A program made the translations under genes and the position numbers. Below are positions 35,857 through 42,408 of a stretch of 42,408 nt of DNA, in pieces (positions within the stretch are counted from its first letter, which is position 1; every line of letters starts with the position of its first letter). Under the pieces are notes generated by a model. That model was not told the DNA's origin. It did no database searches and saw nothing but the letters and a program-made list of their open reading frames with translations. This DNA comes from Solirubrobacterales bacterium (GTDB lineage: Bacteria > Actinomycetota > Thermoleophilia > Solirubrobacterales > 70-9). Where the stretch lies: positions 1 to 42,408 of the forward strand of contig DASZUW010000132.1 in NCBI GenBank assembly GCA_035547475.1, read 5' to 3'.

Positions 35857-35887
35857 CAGGGCGGTCGCCAGGCCGGGAAGACCCGGG

Positions 35888-36598
35888 TCAGGGGGCGGGG
35901 ACGATCAGGGTCGGGCAGGCAGCGGCGCCGAGGACCCGCGCGGCGACCTCGCCGAGCACGACCCGGCCGGCGTTCCCGTAACCTGCGCGCGAGCCGAGCA
36001 CGAGGAGGTCGGCCTGACGGGCGAAGTCGACGATGACCCTCGCGACCGGGCCTTCGCGCAGCTCGGTCTCCGCCCAGACCCCGGTGAGGGCGGCGGTCGC
36101 GTGCTCCAGCCGACCGGCGAGGCGTTCCACCTCGCGCGGGTCGGCCTGCCGCGCGACGCCGTCCAGGGCGGATCCCGGCGCGGCGATGGCGATCGCCCGG
36201 AGCCGGGCGTCGTGGGCGAGCGCCAGTCGTCCGGCCACGGCCAGCGCCGCCGCCGCGCCGCGGCCGCCGTCGATCCCGACGTCGATCCGTCGCAGCTCGT
36301 ACCCCCCGCGCTCGGCCAGGCCGCGGGGGGCGACCGCGACCGGGCAGCGGGCTCCCTCGACCTCGTCGGTGGCGCCGGTGACGAGGAGGTCGGCATCCTC
36401 GCCGACGGTGACGGTCTCGGCGCCCGCCGCGAGAGCCATGCGGAGCGCCACCGCGTCGCGTCGGCTCTCGCCGCCGCGCTCGCCGGCGACGAAGACGCGC
36501 GCGAAGGGGCTCGGGCCGGCCGGATCGGGACCCTCGATCCCGGTCTCGAGGTCGTCTTGCATCCGGTTGACGCTAGGCGGGGCGAACCCGGCCTCCAT
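35888..36598 (-). CDS. Universal stress protein (degenerate first domain plus canonical second domain)
   Basis: The C-terminal half reads [39 protein letters not shown]. The first half is shortened ([12 protein letters not shown]...CPVAVAP). Confidence 0.7.
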   Translation of the reverse strand: MEAGFAPPSVNRMQDDLETGIEGPDPAGPSPFARVFVAGERGGESRRDAVALRMALAAGAETVTVGEDADLLVTGATDEVEGARCPVAVAPRGLAERGGYELRRIDVGIDGGRGAAAALAVAGRLALAHDARLRAIAIAAPGSALDGVARQADPREVERLAGRLEHATAALTGVWAETELREGPVARVIVDFARQADLLVLGSRAGYGNAGRVVLGEVAARVLGAAACPTLIVPAP

Positions 36599-36660
36599 CC
36601 GTGGATCACCACATCGCCGCGTGCGCCACGCGGCTCGATCGCGGCGCTACGCTCCCCGCG

Positions 36661-37308
36661 ATGGCCGACGAGCCGACCGAGCGCGGGATCGCCGTGGTCC
36701 TCGCCGACGACCACGCCGTGGTCCGCGGTGCCCTGCGGGCGTTGCTCGAAGCCCAGCCCGACCTCGAGGTCGCCGGGGAGGCGAGCGACCTGGCGGGTGC
36801 CCGCCAGGCTGTGGCCGACCTCGGGCCCGACGTCCTCGTGCTCGACGTCAACATGCCGGACGGCCTCGGCGTCGACGCCGTCGCCGGGCTGCGCGACGCC
36901 TGCCCGGCCACCCAGATCGTCCTGCTGACGATGGAACGCGACGTCGGCCTCGCCCGCCGCGCCCTCGACGACGGCGCGCTCGGCTACCTCTTCAAGGACG
37001 CGGCCCACCTGGAGCTGGTCGAGGCGGTGCGCGCCGCCGCGGCCGGCGACCGCTACCTGCCCGCCGCCGTCTCGGCGGGCCTCTCGCGCGACCCCGACTC
37101 CGGCTCGGCCCAGGCCCTCTCGCCGCGCGAGACCGACGTCCTGCGCCTGATGGCCCTCGGCCACACCAACCGCGAGATCGGCGAGCAGCTCGACCTCAGC
37201 GTCCGCACGGTCGAGACCCACCGCGCCCACATCCAGCAGAAGCTCGGCCTCTCCAGCCGCCCCGAGCTGACCCGCTACGCGCTCGAGCACGACCTGCTCC
37301 AGTCGTAG
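36661..37308 (+). CDS. NarL/LuxR-family response regulator (orphan; paralogue of 32540..33184)
   Basis: Internal ATG 36661 of track ORF 36601..37308. Motifs are IAVVLADDHAVVRGAL, DVLVLDVNMPDG, and the HTH LSPRETDVLRLMALGHTNREIGEQLDLSVRTVETHR. Confidence 0.85.
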   Translation: MADEPTERGIAVVLADDHAVVRGALRALLEAQPDLEVAGEASDLAGARQAVADLGPDVLVLDVNMPDGLGVDAVAGLRDACPATQIVLLTMERDVGLARRALDDGALGYLFKDAAHLELVEAVRAAAAGDRYLPAAVSAGLSRDPDSGSAQALSPRETDVLRLMALGHTNREIGEQLDLSVRTVETHRAHIQQKLGLSSRPELTRYALEHDLLQS

Positions 37309-37349
37309 CCACCTGCAAACCGAGACCCGGCGCCGGCCGGGGGGTGCTC

Positions 37350-37733
37350 TCAGGGGGAGCTCAGCCGGGGGGTCGCGCGGCTGACCAGGTGGTATTGGGC
37401 CCGGACGCCGGTCTCGTCGTTGTCGAGCCGGGTCGGCGTCACGTCGACGTGGAAGTCGGGATAGCCGAGGGCGACGTCGTGCCGGCGATCGATCAGGAAC
37501 TGGACGCCGCCGACGGTGCCGAGGCAGACGTCGTCGGGGCCGCGCGGGTAGCCCCTGGTCTCGAGCCGGACTTCCGGGGCGCCTTCCAGCCCGGCGACGT
37601 GTCGAAGCATCAGGTTGTTCCCCAGCTGGTTGCGCAGGTGGACGATCGCGTCGACCGCCCGCTCGGTGGCCCAGACGCGTTGCGAGGCCATCGCCCTGGT
37701 CTGCGCGGCGTGGGTGTCCGCGGTCTTGGTCAT
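37350..37733 (-). CDS. DUF779-like protein lacking the family's conserved cysteines
   Basis: RVWATERAVDAIVHLRNQLGNNLMLRHVAGLEGAPEVRLETRGYPRGPDDVCLGTVGGVQF...HVDVTPTR follows the DUF779 pattern (RV.AT..A...I..LR...G.lMFHQSGGCCDGSSPMC...G.F..G..DVLLG...). LEGAP replaces CCDGS. Confidence 0.5.
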   Translation of the reverse strand: MTKTADTHAAQTRAMASQRVWATERAVDAIVHLRNQLGNNLMLRHVAGLEGAPEVRLETRGYPRGPDDVCLGTVGGVQFLIDRRHDVALGYPDFHVDVTPTRLDNDETGVRAQYHLVSRATPRLSSP

Positions 37734-37806
37734 GGCTCAATCGAAGCGCGCCGAAGGCTCCCGCGCATGCGTTCAAAGCCGCACGACCGATTGTGGATCG
37801 GCCGCC

Positions 37807-39579
37807 TCACTCCCAGGTCCGCGGCCAGGGCCGTCGCTCCGGCGGGCGGCGCACGCGGATCCGGACCGCGCGCGCGACGGCGCCGCTCGGGGTGACCGCC
37901 AGCCGCCGGATCTCGAGCGAGGCGATCTCCGCGTGGGCCGCCATCGCCGTGGCCGCGCCCTCCAGGACCCGTTCGAGCGACCGGCGCGCGGCGGGCGGCA
38001 GCGGGGCGGCGTCGGCCGGCGGGCCGAGGTCGAGAAGCGCGGCGGCATCGCCCGCGGCGAGGGGGCAGAGGCGCGCAGGCCGCTCGACCGCGGGCATCCC
38101 GGCGGGGCCGCAGCGGAGCACCGGACCGAACAGCGGATCGCTCTCGCCGGACACGTGCAGCGACGGCGCGGTCGTCGGGCGCCGGCGTCCCCGCGCGGTC
38201 GCGATCCCGTAGCAGTCGAGGAGGTGCGCGGCCGTGGCCTGGTCGAGCTCCTCGGTCCCGGCGGCCAGGGCCGTGGCGAGGATCGCCGCCGCCGCGGCGG
38301 AGACGGTGACCGCCGGTGCCGCGGCCGGCGGGTGCCGGCGTCGCGCGTCGCCGCCCGCCCGGTCGGCAAGCTTCATCGCGGCGTCGATCGCCTGCTCGGC
38401 ACCGCGCGCGCGGATGACGCCGACCTGATCGAAGAGGCCGCGGCCGGGCGCCTCCTCGGCGGCGCGTTCGGCGATCACGACGATCGGCATCTCGCGGCCG
38501 ACCCGGCGCGCCACCCGCGCTAAGCGGCGCGGGTCGATGAACGATTCGACCTGCAGCAGCGCGACCGGGGTCGCCGGATCCTCCTCCCAGTACTCGAGCA
38601 GGTCGTTCGCCGTCACGTCGGCGCGGGACCCGAGCGAGACGAAGGTGGAGACGCCGAGCCCGCGTCGCACGGCCCCCTCCAGAAGCGCCCGGCCGGCGGC
38701 GGCGTCCTGGGTGACGATCCCGACGCCCCCGCGCGGCGGTCGCTCGGCGCCGGCGGTCAGGTTCAGCGTCCGGCCGGGCCGGTTGTCGAGCAGCCCGCCG
38801 GAGGCGGGGCCGATCAGCCGCGCCCCACCGCGGCGACAGATCGCGAGCAGCCGGCGCTCCGCCTTCGAGCCGGGTCGCCCCCACTCGTCGGGATCGCCGC
38901 GGACGACCACCGCGCGGACGCCGTCCACCGACCGCCGCGCCCAGTCCAGTGTGGCCTCCACGGGGCCGTCGATCGCCGCCACGGTTGCCGGGTCGAAGAA
39001 CGCCGCCACCGCCGCCCGCGCCGCCACGGCGTCGCGTTCCTGGAAGCGGGCGATCGCCTCCGGCGTGGGGGACGTCGCCATCTCGACCACCACCGCTCCC
39101 GGCTCGGAGCGGACCTCGAGCGGGAAGCCGCTGTCGCGGAACATCGAGACCATCGCGTGGTTCTCCGGCAGGACGTCGGCGACCATCCGCCCGAAACCGT
39201 CTTCGGCCGCCCGCTCGGCCAGCTGGGCGAGCAGCACGCTGCCGAGGCCGCGGCCCTGCAGGGCTGGGCTCACCGCGAAGGCGACTTCGACGGTCTCCGC
39301 GTCGACGGCCGCGAAGAAGCCGTGGCCCACCGGACGTGGCTCGGCGCCGCGGAACGCCAGGAGGCCGAAGCGTCGTCGCTGGTCGACCTCGGCGAGCACC
39401 CGCGCGACCTCCTCGAGCCGGGGCGCGCCGGTGAAGAAGCGGAAGGCGAGCGAGCGCTCGTCGAGCGAGCGGAAGAAGTCGAGCAGGAGCGGGGCGTCCG
39501 CCGGGCGGACCGGGCGCACGGAGACGGTCGAGCCGTCGCGCAGGACGACGTCGGAGGCGAGGTGCCGCGGATAGGTCAC
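37807..39579 (-). CDS. GNAT N-acetyltransferase fused to a degenerate NDP-forming acyl-CoA-synthetase-like region (Pat-like protein acetyltransferase)
   Basis: GTG at 39579 overlaps the upstream stop as GTGA and lies in frame with track ORF 37807..40776. The GNAT part reads VSVRPVRPADAPLLLDFF...AVSPALQGRGLGSVLLAQL. The CoA-ligase-like part reads RLIGPASGG...GIVTQDAAAG...STFVSLGSRADVTANDLLEYWEEDPATPVALL. The ATP-grasp part is strongly shortened. Confidence 0.7.
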   Translation of the reverse strand: MTYPRHLASDVVLRDGSTVSVRPVRPADAPLLLDFFRSLDERSLAFRFFTGAPRLEEVARVLAEVDQRRRFGLLAFRGAEPRPVGHGFFAAVDAETVEVAFAVSPALQGRGLGSVLLAQLAERAAEDGFGRMVADVLPENHAMVSMFRDSGFPLEVRSEPGAVVVEMATSPTPEAIARFQERDAVAARAAVAAFFDPATVAAIDGPVEATLDWARRSVDGVRAVVVRGDPDEWGRPGSKAERRLLAICRRGGARLIGPASGGLLDNRPGRTLNLTAGAERPPRGGVGIVTQDAAAGRALLEGAVRRGLGVSTFVSLGSRADVTANDLLEYWEEDPATPVALLQVESFIDPRRLARVARRVGREMPIVVIAERAAEEAPGRGLFDQVGVIRARGAEQAIDAAMKLADRAGGDARRRHPPAAAPAVTVSAAAAAILATALAAGTEELDQATAAHLLDCYGIATARGRRRPTTAPSLHVSGESDPLFGPVLRCGPAGMPAVERPARLCPLAAGDAAALLDLGPPADAAPLPPAARRSLERVLEGAATAMAAHAEIASLEIRRLAVTPSGAVARAVRIRVRRPPERRPWPRTWE

Positions 39580-41003
39580 CGGCGCCCCTCGAGGTCGGCG
39601 AGCAGCTCGGCATATTCGGTCAGCCGCACCGCGCCGAGGTAGCGGCGGCGGACGCGGTCGTGGGCGGCGGCGCCGAGCCGCGCGACGAGGTCGGGGTCGC
39701 CGAGGAGCTCGAGGACGGCCCGGGCAAGGGCGCGCGGATCGCGCGGGTCGACCAGGAGGCCGCTGTGCCCGTCGACGATCTGCTCCGCGATCCCGCCCAC
39801 CCGGCTGCCCACCACCGGCCGCCTCTTCCACATCGCCTCGGCGACCGTGAGGCCGAAGCCCTCGGCGAGGCTCTTCTGGACGACGACGTCGGCACGTCGC
39901 TGGATCGCGTTGACCACGACCCCGTTTTCGTCGAGGTCGGCCATCGGCAGGCCCGCCAGGTGGACGCGAGCGCGGACGGCGGCGGGCAGGGCGTCGCGGT
40001 GCGCGCGGACCTCCCTCCAGACGAGCGCGCCCTCGGGGTCGTCGGCGACCGCGTCCGAGTCGGGCCCCGCGAGCAGCAGGTGGAGCTCCGCGGCGCCCTC
40101 GAGCTCCGTCGCCAGGCACTCGAGCAGTCCGTCGGGGTCCTTCAGCCGATCCCAGCGCGACACCTGGGCGACGAGCTTCGCTCCCTCCGGGACCGGTCCC
40201 GCCTGGACGACCTCGGCCCGCCGCTCCACCCGCCCCGGGCTGCCGTCCGCGCGGGTGAACAGAGGGGCCTCCTCGCGCCCCCCGGCGGCGGTGAGTCCGG
40301 CGGCTCTCAGGATGGCGGTCACCGCGCCCCGGTCGAGCTCCTGGTTCTTCGGCGAGAAGGGGTCGATCGAGGGCGCCATCACGCGGCAGCGGGCCGGGTC
40401 GAGGCCGGGCCAGACGAGGCCGCGGCGGGAGAACACGCAGAGGTCCGCGGCGGCGACGTCGGGCGCGAGGAAGCGCTGTGCGCGGAGCCCGGTCTCGCCC
40501 GGATCGTCGACGCCGATGTGGCAGCGCCAGAGGACCGTCGCGCCGAAAGCGCCGAGAGGGCGTGCCAGGCCCGCGGTCTGGGGATCGTGCAGGAAGACGA
40601 CGTCGCCGCGGTGGATCAGGCCCTCGAAGTGCCCGGCGCTCCGCCGAAGCGTCCCTTCGTAGAGCGAGTGCTCGGCCCGACCGAGCGGCCCGCCGTCCCC
40701 ACGGTCCCCGTGCAGGTTGTTGTGGAGGCGCTTGGTGAGGGCGAAGAAGCGGGGGTCCTCGCGCAGCACCGCCCACCTCGTGTCGACGCCCGCGCCGCGT
40801 ACGTAGGGCAACAGCGAGCGCAGCATCTCCGCGACTCCACCGCCGCGCAGGGTCGAGCTGACGTGCCAGATCGCCCGGCCCTCGAACTGCTCGCGGGCCC
40901 CCGCTGCGGCCACCTCGAGGCGCTTGTAGCCTGCCTCGCCGAGAAGCGGCGCGAACGCCTCGGGCGGGCGCGAGGGCAGCAGGACGAACTTCGGTCGCGC
41001 CAC
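39576..41003 (-). CDS. Family-4 glycosyltransferase, TreT-like (trehalose glycosyltransferring synthase-like)
   Basis: WHVSSTLRGGGVAEMLRSLLPYVRGAGVDTRWAVLREDPRFFALTKRLHNNLHG closely follows the TreT N-terminal pattern. The C-terminal GT-B motif reads VVVQKSLAEGFGLTVAEAMWKRRPVV. Confidence 0.7.
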   Translation of the reverse strand: MARPKFVLLPSRPPEAFAPLLGEAGYKRLEVAAAGAREQFEGRAIWHVSSTLRGGGVAEMLRSLLPYVRGAGVDTRWAVLREDPRFFALTKRLHNNLHGDRGDGGPLGRAEHSLYEGTLRRSAGHFEGLIHRGDVVFLHDPQTAGLARPLGAFGATVLWRCHIGVDDPGETGLRAQRFLAPDVAAADLCVFSRRGLVWPGLDPARCRVMAPSIDPFSPKNQELDRGAVTAILRAAGLTAAGGREEAPLFTRADGSPGRVERRAEVVQAGPVPEGAKLVAQVSRWDRLKDPDGLLECLATELEGAAELHLLLAGPDSDAVADDPEGALVWREVRAHRDALPAAVRARVHLAGLPMADLDENGVVVNAIQRRADVVVQKSLAEGFGLTVAEAMWKRRPVVGSRVGGIAEQIVDGHSGLLVDPRDPRALARAVLELLGDPDLVARLGAAAHDRVRRRYLGAVRLTEYAELLADLEGRR

Positions 41004-41248
41004 GGATCAGGGCCGCCTGGCGGTGAGCAGCTTCATGTCGATTCCTCTCGCTCTCGTTGCGGACGGTGAGGCGACGCTAGGCGCGGCTTCGTCGCCCGCC
41101 ATCCGGGAAAGGCCGCAGGGAGACGTCGGGAGGGCCACGAATCGGTGGGAAAACCGCATCGCCTTCGCCGGGAACGGGCGGATGCCGATCGGTCCGCGGG
41201 GAGCGAGACTCGCTCCGTGATCGAACCACGAAGGAGAAAGGCCCACCG

Positions 41249-42370
41249 ATGAAGGAGCCAGTTGTGATCGCAGGCGGAGGCGTGGCGGCGTTGGAGGCCG
41301 CGCTCGCGCTCGCGGACCTCGCCGGCGATCGCGCCGAGGTGACGATCTGCTCCCCCCGCCCGAGCTTCGTCTACCGTCCGTACGCGGTCGGCGTCCCCTA
41401 CGGCGTCTCCGACGTCGCCACCTACGACCTGGAGCGGCTCGCCGCGGCCGCCGGCGCCCGGTACCGCCGCGACAGCATCGCGTCGGTCGACCGCCGGAAC
41501 CGCCTCGCCCTGACCCACGACGGTGAAAGCATCCCCTACGGGGATCTGATCGTCTGCCCGGGGGCGAAGCTTCTCTGGCCGGTGCCGGGCGCGATCACCT
41601 TCTGGGGGATCGCCGACGAGGGCGACGTCGGCAAGGTGATGGCCGAGCTCCGCGACGGCCACGCCCGTCGGGTCGCCTTCACGATGCCGACCGTCGAGAG
41701 CTGGGCGCTGCCTCTCTACGAGCTCGCGCTGCTGACGCGGACCGAGCTCGAGAAGACCGGGGACGACGCCGAGCTCGTCGTCGTCACCCCGGAGGACGCG
41801 CCGCTCAAGGTCTTCGGTCGTGACGTCGCCGAGGCGATGGGCGCCCTCTTGGCCGAGCGGGGCATCGAGGTGCTCACCGGCGCCCATCCGGTCCGCTTCG
41901 AGGACGGCTTCCTGCAGACCGTCCCCGGCGGCCGCCTCCCCTTCGACAATGTGATCAGCCTGCCGAAGCTCGAGGGGCGGAGGATCCGGGGCGTCCCCCA
42001 CGACGTCCACGGATTCGTGCGCGTCGACGATCACTGCCGGGTCGTCGGCTTCGACCATCTCTACGCGGCCGGGGACGTCACCGGGTTCCCGGTCAAGCAG
42101 GGTGGCATCGCCACCCAACAGGCCGATGTCGCGGCCGAAGCGATCGCCGCCCGCCTCGGCGCGAGCCTTGAGCCGAGCAGCTTCGACCCGATCCTGCGCG
42201 GCGTGCTCTGGACCGGCGAGGAGCCCCGCTACCTCCAGGGCTGGCTGGCGGGCGGCCACGGCGAAACCTCGACCATGGCCGACGCGCCGCCGTGGGGAGT
42301 CGACCAGGGCAAGATCGTGGGCCGCTACCTGACCGGCTTCCTCGCCGGCGTCGGCGCCCAGGTGCCTTGA
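41249..42370 (+). CDS. FAD-dependent pyridine-nucleotide-disulfide oxidoreductase (sulfide:quinone oxidoreductase / NDH-2-like)
   Basis: ATG follows GAAGGAGAAAGG. Motifs are VVIAGGGVAALEAA (Rossmann), LYAAGDV and GGIATQQAD, in 373 aa. Confidence 0.7.
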   Translation: MKEPVVIAGGGVAALEAALALADLAGDRAEVTICSPRPSFVYRPYAVGVPYGVSDVATYDLERLAAAAGARYRRDSIASVDRRNRLALTHDGESIPYGDLIVCPGAKLLWPVPGAITFWGIADEGDVGKVMAELRDGHARRVAFTMPTVESWALPLYELALLTRTELEKTGDDAELVVVTPEDAPLKVFGRDVAEAMGALLAERGIEVLTGAHPVRFEDGFLQTVPGGRLPFDNVISLPKLEGRRIRGVPHDVHGFVRVDDHCRVVGFDHLYAAGDVTGFPVKQGGIATQQADVAAEAIAARLGASLEPSSFDPILRGVLWTGEEPRYLQGWLAGGHGETSTMADAPPWGVDQGKIVGRYLTGFLAGVGAQVP

Positions 42371-42408
42371 ACCGCGTCCTTCCGTGTGACATGACCCCCG
42401 CGCCCACC

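Noticed and set aside
41004-41248. The 245-bp divergent region contains small track ORFs (41007..41246, 41023..41220) and a perfect hairpin GGAGCGA-GAC-TCGCTCC just upstream of the oxidoreductase RBS. It could be a riboswitch or attenuator.
   Set aside because: The small ORFs lack coding bias and motifs. I recognise no known riboswitch core, and the hairpin has no U-tract.
1-42408. I looked for CRISPR arrays, tRNA/rRNA genes, transposases, integrases, IS-type inverted repeats and classical defence genes (nucleases, helicases, methyltransferases).
   Set aside because: None was recognised on either strand. The only compositionally foreign segment is the 31450-32530 islet, which lacks mobility genes.

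Overview
This is a very high-GC window (about 70% or more, with almost all third codon positions G/C). Gene content fits an actinobacterial genome of the Thermoleophilia/Rubrobacteria kind, but I cannot assign a taxon from sequence alone. Most long ORFs in the track are alternate-frame or antisense GC artefacts. I support about 43 real genes, chosen by recognisable protein motifs and tight operon junctions. Many junctions are 4-nt GTGA/ATGA start/stop overlaps.

Content from left to right:
1. An OmpR-type two-component operon surrounded by small secreted proteins. These are low-complexity or His-rich.
2. An operon of two small extracytoplasmic proteins, ApbE, a ferric-reductase-like membrane protein, a ferredoxin reductase and a ferredoxin.
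3. A decayed MacB/FtsX-type ABC exporter. The permease has two frameshifts and the ATPase is reduced to a remnant.
4. A type-II (CtpF-like) P-type ATPase with one apparent frameshift.
5. A usp-usp-xfp-ackA operon.
6. A six-gene SipW signal-peptidase / TasA-like secreted-protein operon. One member carries an RTX beta-roll.
7. A divergently transcribed processive GT2 polysaccharide synthase (one apparent frameshift), followed by a membrane PAS-GGDEF-EAL protein.
8. An NRAMP transporter and an ABC-2 exporter.
9. A DevS/DosT-like GAF-GAF histidine kinase.
10. A roughly 1.1-kb low-GC islet carrying DUF3467 plus a HicB/HicA-like pair.
11. Two NarL-type response regulators, carbamate kinase, an arginine deiminase carrying an N-terminal ArcD-derived 4-TM segment, and a third USP.
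12. A Cys-less DUF779-like gene, a TreT-like GT4 coupled to a GNAT/acyl-CoA-synthetase-like protein, and an SQR-like flavoprotein.

No rRNA, tRNA, CRISPR array, transposase or integrase was recognised.

The best candidates for undescribed biology are:
- the SipW/TasA-like fibre operon together with the adjacent EPS synthase and c-di-GMP genes;
- the signal-less ApbE / ferric-reductase-like / FdR-Fd operon led by small proteins bearing [ST]GA[ST] motifs;
- the ArcD'-ArcA fusion;
- the low-GC toxin-antitoxin-like islet lying between the DevS-like kinase and a NarL regulator.

All homology calls come from by-eye motif recognition. No database search was run.
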